From: a virus
Taxonomy: Duplodnaviria > Caudoviricetes
Strand: one strand, 5' to 3'
IMG/VR virus record: IMGVR_UViG_3300035208_005087
Span: 64,545 to 128,544 of that record
Length of the DNA: 64,000 nucleotides
Shown here one piece after another: positions 8,199 to 17,394 of the stretch. The position numbers and the translations under genes were made by a program. Under the pieces are notes generated by a model. The model did no database searches, had not been told where the DNA came from, and saw only the letters and a program-made list of their open reading frames with translations. Each line of letters begins with the position of its first letter. Position 1 is the stretch's first letter.

Positions 8199-11021
8199 CT
8201 ACCTTCTGTATACTACCAAATATGTTACCAGTACTTCCTGGGCATCGTGACTGGTGTCTGTGAAAGTTATTATACCGGACGTTGCCGATACACTGAAATT
8301 ATTAAGAGGCACCCCGCCTTTGGTTATTGTCACAGTGTCTATAGCTCTAAAGTCTACCTCGCTAGCTTCAGTCACAGTGAGAGTGTCCCCACTTACTATG
8401 TACGCCGTGTTTTCTTTTTTCTGCATGTCCGTGTAGTACAAAACGAAGTTTGACACAGCCTCGTCCAGGTTGGTTTTTAACTCCATGGCAGAAATCAATG
8501 CCGTATACCTTTCCCCTTCTATGAATTGATTTTCAGAGGATATCCCCGCAGCATTATTAAACTGGAAGTTAAGACCGTTAGACAGTGCTACGTATTGCGT
8601 TTCCTGCAAAGGGTGTTCCCCTGGAGACGCGGACGCCCCTATTTTGCCCTCCACTATCGAGATAGTGTCTACCACAGGTTCAAACCAATATCCTCCTAGT
8701 ATCATGGGGGTGTCATCGATTACCCCCATGCTAGCCTTAGGTAACATATTCCCAACTGTGTTCATATTAAATACGGGAGGGCTTGTAGACCTAGTGACCA
8801 CTTGGACTTCGTTTGTACTTACGTTGTATGAATACCTTCTAGTACTTGTCACCCATCTTAGCACCCCCGTCCCATCCAAGAACGGATAAAAACCTTTGAT
8901 ATAGTCATTTGTGTTGTTGAATGAGTATAAGCTCTCTTCTGTACTATAACTGTCTACTTCTGAGACTTTTTTTAAAGTATAGGCGGTCGACCCTGTCCTT
9001 ACCATGTAAAAAACCTCACGAGCCCCCGCCCTGCTTATGGCCGGTGACGGTGTGTAGGAAGAATATGATACCCACTTGTTGGTACCTACCCCCGCCCTGA
9101 CATCTACCCCCCTCCAATCATACACGACAGTACGCTTCGTGGTGGACCATGTTAAAACCTTATCAAAAAAGTCTACAGTATTTAAAACGTCTTTTGCGTC
9201 CGAGGTCATAACATTTAAAGACGGCACCTCTGAGAAAAGCACAGTATCCTCCACCGTACCACTTGCCTTAAAGGTTGACACGGAGAACAATGTGAACCCT
9301 TGGCCATTATGGAGACAGGCGACCGTCTGTGACACTTCGTCATAGGCTAATGCGTTGTATGCCGACACCCCCGCTATAAGGGTCGGGCCGTACAGAGTAT
9401 CCGTAGTAGTATCACAAATAAGTATCCCGTTGTTTGTGTTTACTACTATATCATCTCCCACCTTTACATATGTACTCCACGATGCCGGGATACTTGCAAT
9501 TGTCTCAGGTTGCTCTAGATGACCTATTCGCCATTTACATAGCAACATGTTAGAGTTGCCCGGATGTTCTTGGTATTCGGCATTCACAGAGTAATACACA
9601 TATTCCCCGACTTGTACCGTCCACGCTATGATTAATTTCGCTGTAGTGCCCTCTACCTTGATCAAGGCAGGTGTGCCATCAGCTTTCTTAGTGGGCACCA
9701 TCCTGACTCTGTGATTTCGGGGATACACTACCGTGTCCGTCGCTACTGAGAATATAGCGGTACTTTCCCTCGTAACTGTGGTAGGCCCCGTACCGTTGTC
9801 CAAAAGATTTATGGCAGTGCCCGCCAAAGCGTCCGCCTCACTGATAGCTACCTTCAGTACCGCCGCATCATATATAAGATAGTACTCCTGCCCCTCTACC
9901 AATGGTTCAGGCAAAGTGCCCCCAGAAAAGGAAACTTTCACGATGCCTCTGTCCTCATTGTCCCACGCTGCCAACAAGGTCGTTTGCGGTGTAAAAGAGT
10001 CTATAGATGCATCAAAAGTAACCGTGTCCTGATACAAATCACATGCATCGCCGCTTTTCGTTATTTTAAAGTCTAGGTATTTTGAAAGCACGCTGCATAC
10101 TGGTGTGCCCGTGATCTGAAGGGTGCCTTGTCCTTGGGGGGTTATGGTCGCATTTGTAAAGGAGCTTGTATCCCCTACCCCATGCTGCACGACCGGTTTT
10201 ACCTGCGGGTTCTTAGCATTCGTGTTAGCGGCTACTACCACATCCCGATACCCCATAGTAAAGATAGTTGAGGCGTGCATGCCATAATGCTGGCTTGTAG
10301 TAGAAGACAAAGTTCTGGACACCTTGAATAAGCTTTCCGACTGCGCCCACCCGTTATTACTCCTTTCAACGGCATACTGAAATATAGCATCTATATCCGT
10401 GGTAGTCCCTCCCGGTATACGTACGGCCCTTCCAGCTTTACTAATATCCTCCAAAAAATACGGGGTAGTATTTACAAAAGAAGCCCCCAATGAATTGTTA
10501 CTTGCTCCTAGTAGTCTTCCCCACGACCCTATCATGGCATTCGCCCAAGCATTACTAACGGCCCCTGTAGACGCCGAACTGTTAGACACCACCGCTTGGA
10601 TAGTGTAGCTTAAATAAAGTATCGTTTCGGGCGTTTGGACTATGGGATTAGTCAGGGCCACAAAGGAGTATAGCTCTGTAGAGGACCCCGACCCAAAGGC
10701 GTTTATCTCTCGAGACTCGACAGGTGCTGCAAAACTATAGGTCAGTCTGACACTATTGTTATTATTTATGTAACTGACGGACGTCGCATATTCATTCGCT
10801 ATACAGGTGTACCCTGGAACGCTACTAGTACTTGAAACTCTCCGGTAGTCTTGGCCACCTGTGGAGGTCCCGTTATATAGCTGCAAATAGGAAGGTGCTG
10901 TCCCAAAAGCTAATTTCCCATACCCAAAGTCTGTAATTAAATTATCAGAACGTTCCTCAAATAAAACCTCTCCGGTGATCTCATGTATAAGCTGGGCCTC
11001 GTAGACTCCTTTAAATTTCAT
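8199..11021 (-). CDS. Large beta-rich virion structural protein (tail/baseplate-type)
   Basis: 940 aa; N-terminal FKGVYEAQL..GEVLFEERSDNLITDFG resembles phage tail/baseplate protein starts; Ser/Thr-rich. Confidence 0.6.
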   Translation of the reverse strand: MKFKGVYEAQLIHEITGEVLFEERSDNLITDFGYGKLAFGTAPSYLQLYNGTSTGGQDYRRVSSTSSVPGYTCIANEYATSVSYINNNNSVRLTYSFAAPVESREINAFGSGSSTELYSFVALTNPIVQTPETILYLSYTIQAVVSNSSASTGAVSNAWANAMIGSWGRLLGASNNSLGASFVNTTPYFLEDISKAGRAVRIPGGTTTDIDAIFQYAVERSNNGWAQSESLFKVSRTLSSTTSQHYGMHASTIFTMGYRDVVVAANTNAKNPQVKPVVQHGVGDTSSFTNATITPQGQGTLQITGTPVCSVLSKYLDFKITKSGDACDLYQDTVTFDASIDSFTPQTTLLAAWDNEDRGIVKVSFSGGTLPEPLVEGQEYYLIYDAAVLKVAISEADALAGTAINLLDNGTGPTTVTRESTAIFSVATDTVVYPRNHRVRMVPTKKADGTPALIKVEGTTAKLIIAWTVQVGEYVYYSVNAEYQEHPGNSNMLLCKWRIGHLEQPETIASIPASWSTYVKVGDDIVVNTNNGILICDTTTDTLYGPTLIAGVSAYNALAYDEVSQTVACLHNGQGFTLFSVSTFKASGTVEDTVLFSEVPSLNVMTSDAKDVLNTVDFFDKVLTWSTTKRTVVYDWRGVDVRAGVGTNKWVSYSSYTPSPAISRAGAREVFYMVRTGSTAYTLKKVSEVDSYSTEESLYSFNNTNDYIKGFYPFLDGTGVLRWVTSTRRYSYNVSTNEVQVVTRSTSPPVFNMNTVGNMLPKASMGVIDDTPMILGGYWFEPVVDTISIVEGKIGASASPGEHPLQETQYVALSNGLNFQFNNAAGISSENQFIEGERYTALISAMELKTNLDEAVSNFVLYYTDMQKKENTAYIVSGDTLTVTEASEVDFRAIDTVTITKGGVPLNNFSVSATSGIITFTDTSHDAQEVLVTYLVVYRR

Positions 11022-11035
11022 AAGTAATTCCTCTT

Positions 11036-12331
11036 TTATAGGATGGACGTACTTCCTGCACAGGACACGCCTACCGTAATTTCTTCCTCGATAATTTCTG
11101 TATCTATGTGGTAAGTTTTAGTATTCATAGAATATCCGCCGGCAGACACTTGCACCCCCGCAGTCTCCGCCACGAGCTTGTTTACATATACTAGCGTTTT
11201 AGTTATACCAAAACCCCCTCCACAACTAACCCCTACCTTGGCTAACTCCCTTATCACCCCCGTTTCTTTTTCTGGGTTTATCTCTATCCGTTGTTCTACT
11301 GGCAAAGAGAATGCAGCCGCAAAACGAGATGACCCGTACACACCGTACGCCCCTGTAAACCCTATGTAAAAAGGGGATCCCTCCGAAGGTAACTTTATGA
11401 GCTCCCCGGTCTCCTCGGGGAGTATACTCTGTCTTAGTTCTATGTCTTTATCATACAGCTGGATACTATCCACCCTACTGTACCCCAAGGTTATCTGGGC
11501 CCTATCCACTAAATAAGGTACCGATATATAATACCCTTCCTCTGTTCCATCTGTATTGTAGAGGCTACCCTCCGAGAGTCCTCCTAATGTGTACGGCACG
11601 TACCCCTTCACTGTAGTGCTAGACACGGCCGAGGGACTCACCCTATTAATATTTACAAAAGGATCCGGCTGTATGATGGAATTGTTTACGGGGTAGTCCT
11701 CTTTATACTGGAACTCCGCTATATTACCCTCTACGTCCACCATCCTTTTGAATAAAGACCCGTTCTTTGAGAAAAGCACTGTAAGCACCCCGTCCTCAAA
11801 ACTAAACTTAGGGTACAACCCTGCACCCAACACATGGGTGTCTCCTCCGGTCCACTCCCAATCCAGCCCGTTGTGTACCTGCTTCTTATAAAAGATCAGC
11901 TTAGCCCCGTCCCTGAAGTTATAAATACGTTCTATAGCGCTGCCACTTGTCTGAACTATTGCAATAAGGGCATAGTTTTCTTGATATGTGTCAAATAAGC
12001 CTATGTCTCCCGTGGTACTGTTTACCAGGACATATTTGTAAGAGGGTATCACCACTGGTAAAAAAGTTTCCGGCCAGGTGAGCGTCGTACCGTTTACTAT
12101 TACAGACGAGGGAGCTAATCTTATTTCTGTATCTCCAGTCTTAGTACAAACATTTAAGTCTTGAGGAGCTCGAACTCCTGCCGAGTACACGAGGATAGAC
12201 GCACCCGTACTGTGCTTTACCATAAAGGAGTTGCCCACTGTTAGTACTGGCTTATCCATAAAGGTGCTAGGGATGATGGGTCCCACCCTTATTAAGGGTC
12301 TGCCACTTTTTATGATTTTTGTATTCGCCAC
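11036..12331 (-). CDS. Virion structural protein (beta-rich)
   Basis: 431 aa, GTG start with AAGGAGG RBS, tightly packed with neighbours. Confidence 0.6.
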   Translation of the reverse strand: MANTKIIKSGRPLIRVGPIIPSTFMDKPVLTVGNSFMVKHSTGASILVYSAGVRAPQDLNVCTKTGDTEIRLAPSSVIVNGTTLTWPETFLPVVIPSYKYVLVNSTTGDIGLFDTYQENYALIAIVQTSGSAIERIYNFRDGAKLIFYKKQVHNGLDWEWTGGDTHVLGAGLYPKFSFEDGVLTVLFSKNGSLFKRMVDVEGNIAEFQYKEDYPVNNSIIQPDPFVNINRVSPSAVSSTTVKGYVPYTLGGLSEGSLYNTDGTEEGYYISVPYLVDRAQITLGYSRVDSIQLYDKDIELRQSILPEETGELIKLPSEGSPFYIGFTGAYGVYGSSRFAAAFSLPVEQRIEINPEKETGVIRELAKVGVSCGGGFGITKTLVYVNKLVAETAGVQVSAGGYSMNTKTYHIDTEIIEEEITVGVSCAGSTSIL

Positions 12332-12343
12332 CCGTTACCCTCC

Positions 12344-13120
12344 TTAGGTCACGATAGTTCCGTGGATGTTGTTAGAGTGCACAGCCCCTTCCTCTACCCT
12401 TCGTAAATCTATACCCACTTCCTGTGTACCTATATCATTTTGATGGATATTAGCGTAACGGTAGTTATCCACCTCCACAGCCTGTAGGCCTCTAAATTTA
12501 CTTCTCCGTACGGTTATAGACCCTCTCTGGGTAGACGCACCATTCACTGCTACCACACCCGCGCTATCAAAAGATAACTGATCCACCGTCACCGATAACC
12601 CGTTATCTACCGACAGACCCCCGAAGTTAGCCCAAGGGTCCTTCCCCAATCCCTTAACTTTACAGTGGGTCCTTTTTTGGATGACCCTATTCCCGTACTC
12701 CCCTGGATATAGTAAAAGAACACCACCACCTCTCAACATATCTAAGGCCAAATCCATGGAGGACACCGGTGATCTCATACCTCCTAAAGCCGTGTTGGAC
12801 CCATTAAACGAGTCCACATATACTGTATTCCTCTTTCTTTCTAACCATATAAACTTCTGTAGGGCCACTGTATATTGTGTAAGCACACCCTCATAACCCA
12901 CCTCTACCACGATCTCTTCTGGAAAGGGGTCCGCATCTGAATACCCCTCGTCTTGTATCTGAAGTACCCCTGACGTAGCGTTTATATAAAACAAGTGGAG
13001 AGGGTCTCCACTTACTATAACAAAGGTGTGGGGGCCCTCTCCATACTGAGGAGGTCTTATCGCCCCTATCATGTAATCGGCGCCTTTATCGTGAGGGACT
13101 TTGAAGGTGTAATCCGCCAT
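12344..13120 (-). CDS. Cadherin-like plus right-handed beta-helix protein, apparently truncated at the C-terminus
   Basis: FVIVSGDP..FYINATSGVLQI (cadherin-like); VYVDSFNGSN..SPVSSMDLAL..LYPGEY (DUF1565/pectin-lyase-like cap); beta-helix rungs stop abruptly at HSNNIHG-TIVT. Confidence 0.65.
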   Translation of the reverse strand: MADYTFKVPHDKGADYMIGAIRPPQYGEGPHTFVIVSGDPLHLFYINATSGVLQIQDEGYSDADPFPEEIVVEVGYEGVLTQYTVALQKFIWLERKRNTVYVDSFNGSNTALGGMRSPVSSMDLALDMLRGGGVLLLYPGEYGNRVIQKRTHCKVKGLGKDPWANFGGLSVDNGLSVTVDQLSFDSAGVVAVNGASTQRGSITVRRSKFRGLQAVEVDNYRYANIHQNDIGTQEVGIDLRRVEEGAVHSNNIHGTIVT

Positions 13121-13368
13121 TAGTTCCTCTCATACATGACTCGTATGTTTACTACGAAGCCCTCATCTATAACGCCCTTTATATCAGACCCTGGTAGATC
13201 CCAAGAGAGGGTGCTACCAGTCACCGTAAAGTCCACCCCGTACACCTGGGCTGGTCCTCCTATAGGGTCCACGGACACCTCGTCAGGTAATATAGGGGCA
13301 TAACTTAGGGATAAACTACTACCCGGGAGGCTTCCTATATCCTCGAAATACTCTACTTCTAAAGCCAT
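13120..13368 (-). CDS. Small structural protein; stand-alone copy of a domain also present in 4514..5305 and 5318..8191
   Basis: 82 aa, AAGGAG RBS, stop overlaps the next start. Confidence 0.65.
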   Translation of the reverse strand: MALEVEYFEDIGSLPGSSLSLSYAPILPDEVSVDPIGGPAQVYGVDFTVTGSTLSWDLPGSDIKGVIDEGFVVNIRVMYERN

Positions 13369-13380
13369 CTTAATCTCCTT

Positions 13381-14289
13381 TTAGCTCCAACCGCCGCCGC
13401 TACTTACATAGTTCCTACGAGACTGCACCCCAACCCTACTGTAAGGACCCAATGCTGCCGAAATACCAATACCAAAACGAGGCTGCTTTAAACCTTTCAC
13501 TATCTTAATGGTACTTTTTGCCTCTTCCTTCAACTTATCGAAGCTTTGCTCCAAGTTCTCTTTCATAGACATGTACTTAGAACTTTTTTCCAAGTCTAAG
13601 GACACGCCCGAAATAGAGTAGTTAAACTCATCCGCTATCCAGTTTAGGGCTACTGCTCGGCACGCTCTCGCCCCCGCGCCAACTATGATCGCTGAGGACC
13701 AGTTGTATGGGAGGTTGTCTAGTGTTATGTCCGTTGCGGGGGGTGCCGAGTTAAAGTCGTACACAGTGTCCAGTAAATAGTAGTACAGCTCCTCATCTTC
13801 CCATATATACCCAAACACCTCTGTTTGGGTCTGAAGGAACTTTTCCGTCGAGGGAGGCCTAAACCTATAATTTCTATCGGGGTTGTTGTCCCTGAGGGAT
13901 ATCCTGAGCCTCTTTATGAGTTCATCCAAAAAAGGTAGCTGAGGAGGTCTAAAACCCGATTTATTTGTAACCGTTGAGGTATCCACTACATTGAAATTTT
14001 GTATCACCTGCATGATGGGGGAGGTGGCTTCTTCTTTAAAACTCCACCGTACTACCCAGTCCCCTATATTCGCGTCTAAGGGGATAGTTGTTGCCGCATA
14101 AAATTCACCTACCCCCGTGGACTGAGGTATCTGATTTGGTTCCCCTATCAACACCTCTAAACCTGTAGTAAAGTCAAAAACAGCATAGGTTATTGCGTAC
14201 GGGTCTACTAATTGCCCGGCTCCGTTTCTTATGGATATCCTCAGGTCACTTGGCCCTGTTACCTGACCCTTCTGAAAAGCTACACTCAT
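13381..14289 (-). CDS. Putative head-tail adaptor (neck) protein with N-terminal Ig-like domain
   Basis: C-terminal helical region LIKRLRISLRD..WEDEEL..FNYSISGVSLDL, of the kind seen in gp6/gp15-like connectors; N-terminal domain paralogous to 14783..15289. Confidence 0.55.
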   Translation of the reverse strand: MSVAFQKGQVTGPSDLRISIRNGAGQLVDPYAITYAVFDFTTGLEVLIGEPNQIPQSTGVGEFYAATTIPLDANIGDWVVRWSFKEEATSPIMQVIQNFNVVDTSTVTNKSGFRPPQLPFLDELIKRLRISLRDNNPDRNYRFRPPSTEKFLQTQTEVFGYIWEDEELYYYLLDTVYDFNSAPPATDITLDNLPYNWSSAIIVGAGARACRAVALNWIADEFNYSISGVSLDLEKSSKYMSMKENLEQSFDKLKEEAKSTIKIVKGLKQPRFGIGISAALGPYSRVGVQSRRNYVSSGGGWS

Positions 14290-14301
14290 TATAGTTTCCC
14301 C

Positions 14302-14772
14302 TTACTTGTACAGCACGGATAGTTCGTCTTCTACTTCAGGAGCCTCTGTCTTAGCACCTTTTAGGCCTAATAGTTTTAGCATCTGATCATTCTCATTCTC
14401 GGGAAGCCCTTTCTTATTGTCTTTCTGCCTTTTCTCTACTAACGCCCCGATATCGGTATTGCTAGCCACCTTCAATTCGTACACCTGTTCCCCATCCAAC
14501 TTAGCAGCATCTGCCGGTGTGATTACCTTTCCTGCTTGCTTTTCCTTGGCAGCAGCCTGTTCCACCTGGCGTAGCACATCTTTGAGGGCCATGAGTATCT
14601 TGTTCCTCTTACCCTCATATCTGGTGGTAAACATACCCGTTTTACCTTTGTCCTTCAGACCCAAGAATCTCTCTAGACCCATGGGGTCTTCCCCCTTAGC
14701 ATACAGAATGGCTAAAGTCAGTATTTCATACAAGGTTCTTTGTTTCACTTCATCTACATCTACCTTGATCAT
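14302..14772 (-). CDS. Hypothetical protein
   Basis: 156-aa ORF in the operon; contains LKVASN. Confidence 0.65.
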   Translation of the reverse strand: MIKVDVDEVKQRTLYEILTLAILYAKGEDPMGLERFLGLKDKGKTGMFTTRYEGKRNKILMALKDVLRQVEQAAAKEKQAGKVITPADAAKLDGEQVYELKVASNTDIGALVEKRQKDNKKGLPENENDQMLKLLGLKGAKTEAPEVEDELSVLYK

Positions 14773-14782
14773 CTCTACCCCT

Positions 14783-15289
14783 TTACACTATTACTACTGT
14801 TGCCGTTAAGTCCATATAAGGACTTGCTATTTTCTTGTCCGACACCCCTGCACTTTTGACCCAAAAGAGTGTGTCTATTGTCCTGGGTTCGTCCTCTGCC
14901 CGTACTTGATATTCCCAGCGTATTGCGTACCTTCCTGTAAACCACGAGTCCCCCACTATGAAGTTAGGTCGAAAAAGCCCTTCCCTCATCTTTAAAGGGA
15001 CTCTCTCTGTGTAACCTATGGGATTAAAAACTTCGCTTTCTGGAAAGAAAAAACCCACAGCATAGGATACGTCATATGGTGAAAAAGGAGCTTGGGAGGT
15101 ATCCCTAAAAGCTATAGTTAGATCTGCATCAGTAAGAAACATCCCGTGTTTCAGCACAGGGATTGCCGGGTTCTCTTTCATTACCGGCGGTACCTGTCCT
15201 GGATAGAGCGGATCCTCTATATAAAAACCACCCTCGGCGGGTGCTTTACAGAGGGACTCTTTCGAGATGTTGGGTACATAGGCAGTCAT
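14783..15289 (-). CDS. Structural protein, paralog of the N-terminal domain of 13381..14289
   Basis: DLTIAFRD..PYDVSYAV..IG..P..G.F..G.YAIRW aligns with DLRISIRN..PYAITYAV..IG..P..GEF..GDWVVRW. Confidence 0.65.
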   Translation of the reverse strand: MTAYVPNISKESLCKAPAEGGFYIEDPLYPGQVPPVMKENPAIPVLKHGMFLTDADLTIAFRDTSQAPFSPYDVSYAVGFFFPESEVFNPIGYTERVPLKMREGLFRPNFIVGDSWFTGRYAIRWEYQVRAEDEPRTIDTLFWVKSAGVSDKKIASPYMDLTATVVIV

Positions 15290-15308
15290 AGTAAAAACTG
15301 CGCTATGG

Positions 15309-15321
15309 ATTAGAAGATTAT
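15309..15321 (-). promoter_or_regulatory. Candidate late promoter
   Basis: Exact ATAATCTTCTAAT(CC), 20 nt upstream of 14783..15289. Confidence 0.75.
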
Positions 15322-15322
15322 C

Positions 15323-15787
15323 CTAGGCGCCTTCGTCTGCACCCTGTTCTAGGTCTTCGTCGCTTTCCATTGCAAGGATTAGTTCTAGTACTATGTAGAC
15401 GATGTTGTTGTCGTAGTCTACCAAAGGGATATAATCTACCTGGCCTTCCCAAAGGAACTCCCCTAAACCATCTCTAAGTTCTGTGCTGTCTGCGCCAGGA
15501 TACTCACTTACGATATAGGCAAGAACAGGTTTGTGAGAAATTTCTTCGAGAGTTTCTTTCCTCTCCGACACGAAATCAGATACTAAGGCATTTAGCACCC
15601 GGTAGTCTTCAGGGAGGTCCCCCTCAAACGGTACAGTCAGCTGCACATAGAGGACGAAATCTTCCTCATCTATACCCGCTACCTCTTTATTACCTGATTC
15701 ATGTATTTCACCTACTAAAGGCTTGCCCCAGGTTATTTTCTTTTTGGCATCTTTTGTAGCCTCAAAAACTTCTTGGATAGTTAGCAT
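15323..15787 (-). CDS. Acidic hypothetical protein
   Basis: 154-aa ORF, AGGAG RBS. Confidence 0.65.
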   Translation of the reverse strand: MLTIQEVFEATKDAKKKITWGKPLVGEIHESGNKEVAGIDEEDFVLYVQLTVPFEGDLPEDYRVLNALVSDFVSERKETLEEISHKPVLAYIVSEYPGADSTELRDGLGEFLWEGQVDYIPLVDYDNNIVYIVLELILAMESDEDLEQGADEGA

Positions 15788-15788
15788 A

Positions 15789-16046
15789 TTATCTCCTGCT
15801 TCCTAAGATTTCCCCACACAAGGACTTTAATGATCTGATTTTATCCACCAACTCTAAAGCATCCACCTGTAGTTGGTGCGCTAAGTAGTCCTTAACCAGC
15901 GTACCCGCCAGGCTAGTCCTGTTGTCCAAATGGAAGTATACCCTGCCTTTATCTGACGAGTACCTTACTAACTTACAACCTGCTGCCATTAAACTTGCTG
16001 CCTGGTACATGTCACAGGTCCGGTATTCTTCTGTTTGTTCAGCCAT
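15789..16046 (-). CDS. DUF5659-like small protein
   Basis: YRTCDMYQAASLMAAGCKL...GRVYFH pattern (T-x-D-x-x-x-A-A-x-L...G). Confidence 0.6.
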   Translation of the reverse strand: MAEQTEEYRTCDMYQAASLMAAGCKLVRYSSDKGRVYFHLDNRTSLAGTLVKDYLAHQLQVDALELVDKIRSLKSLCGEILGSRR

Positions 16047-16162
16047 TTTTATATGTCCTTTTGGATGTGCCCCTAGGGGGTGCGCCTATATCTGTATGTT
16101 TATTTACAGGTTAAAAAGAATATTTAAAGAATATGCTCGTCGCTTCCATACGCTACAAAACG

Positions 16163-16195
16163 AAAAAGGACTAAGGAGAGTCTCTCCTTAGTCCT
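16163..16195 (-). terminator. Intrinsic terminator
   Basis: 13-bp stem AGGACTAAGGAGA / TCTCCTTAGTCCT followed by a T-run on the minus strand. Confidence 0.85.
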
Positions 16196-16223
16196 ACAAA
16201 TGTTTTCTGAGCTCTAATGTTGC

Positions 16224-16547
16224 TTAGAAGTCACCAATGGTGTTGCTTGGGTCTGTTTTAGTACCCACAGTACCAGAACGAATACCTAAACCAGTAACGC
16301 CAGCCAAGGTGTCAGTTTCTTCAAAAACAAAAGCATCTTCAAATTTCTTTAAGATACCTTTTTCTCGAGATAACAACACGTTCCCTGAGTTTACTAAAGC
16401 AATGCAATCACCAGGATTAACAACAATGTCCTGCCCGATAGTGCCCATTACACCGCGACCTAACTGAGGACGTACACCTACGTCTTCTAAGTAAAGAGCA
16501 CCGTAGTTCACACCGTCATAACGAATTACTGTATATTTTGAAGCCAT
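16224..16547 (-). CDS. Small, probably abundant virion protein (monocistronic)
   Basis: Likely start is ATG 16547 (MASKYTV, AAGGA RBS). Own late motif and terminator; codon usage resembles the capsid genes (CGT, GGT, TTA). Confidence 0.65.
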   Translation of the reverse strand: MASKYTVIRYDGVNYGALYLEDVGVRPQLGRGVMGTIGQDIVVNPGDCIALVNSGNVLLSREKGILKKFEDAFVFEETDTLAGVTGLGIRSGTVGTKTDPSNTIGDF

Positions 16548-16633
16548 GATAAGTTTCCTTTTTCGGTTCCTGTCCGTTCCCCACCCCACTATTGGGACTA
16601 GTTTTACAAGACTTTGTACTTTTGTTTATCTGT

Positions 16634-16646
16634 ATTATTAGATTAT
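16634..16646 (-). promoter_or_regulatory. Candidate late promoter
   Basis: Exact ATAATCTAATAAT. Confidence 0.7.
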
Positions 16647-16662
16647 GTCTTAGCCACCTCTA

Positions 16663-17334
16663 TTAGGGGGCTGGTTTTGCTATGAGCGTGTACTCCACTT
16701 TACCAGGCACAGTGCCTGAGTAGTTTGAGTAGGTGATTAACATCGCACGGGCACCGAGAGGATCATTTTTAAGGTATATAGTTTCGGTCGCTATTACCCC
16801 CGTCCCAGAGAACGTCCTCTCTATCACAAATTCGTCTTCATAAAAAGGTACACTAGATACCGCCAAGGCTCCTCTCGCCGAGGAGGCTCCCGCTACCCAC
16901 CCTCTAGCCGCTTCTGATAAAGCGGACAGCTGGGCGCTCTTAGCATAGTTGTCAATTTGTACACCCCTACGCACCCCTTCTGTCCCTACCGCCTTCGCAG
17001 GAGCTTCCGCTAGGTCACTTTCCCCATCCACCCCATTCACATAAGTCGCTTTGAAGTACAACGGGGTACTGGCAAAGGACACTGCGGCCAAGCTGATGTC
17101 TGCGCTCTGCACCTCTGCTAGGGATACCGTGATCAATATCCGCGGGTCGGAAATGCCTCGTTCTGATAGGTAGGGGATGGAACCTTTCACCTTATAGAAG
17201 GTAGCAAACTCCCCTACCGCTACATACACATTCAAGTACTCCGCGTCCAGTATACCTAACTCAGCTTTATCCACAAAAAGATTTACCTGATTACTGTAAA
17301 CCTTTTCTAGTTGTAGCCTTATTGTTGTTGCCAT
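16663..17334 (-). CDS. Fn3-like structural protein
   Basis: YLNVYV..F.KV...YFKATYVN..GES resembles the N-terminal part of 27188..27802. Confidence 0.55.
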   Translation of the reverse strand: MATTIRLQLEKVYSNQVNLFVDKAELGILDAEYLNVYVAVGEFATFYKVKGSIPYLSERGISDPRILITVSLAEVQSADISLAAVSFASTPLYFKATYVNGVDGESDLAEAPAKAVGTEGVRRGVQIDNYAKSAQLSALSEAARGWVAGASSARGALAVSSVPFYEDEFVIERTFSGTGVIATETIYLKNDPLGARAMLITYSNYSGTVPGKVEYTLIAKPAP

Positions 17335-17381
17335 GTCTCTGCCTCTTTTGTTTTAATGTCTTTCAAAACCGCTACGAAACC

Positions 17382-17394
17382 ATTAACAGATTAT
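17382..17394 (-). promoter_or_regulatory. Candidate late promoter overlapping the glycosyltransferase stop codon
   Basis: Exact ATAATCTGTTAAT. Confidence 0.7.

Noticed and set aside
6674-12358. Invertible or excisable shufflon cassette
   Set aside because: No inverted or direct repeats at the junctions, no recombinase in the window, and all genes are co-oriented.
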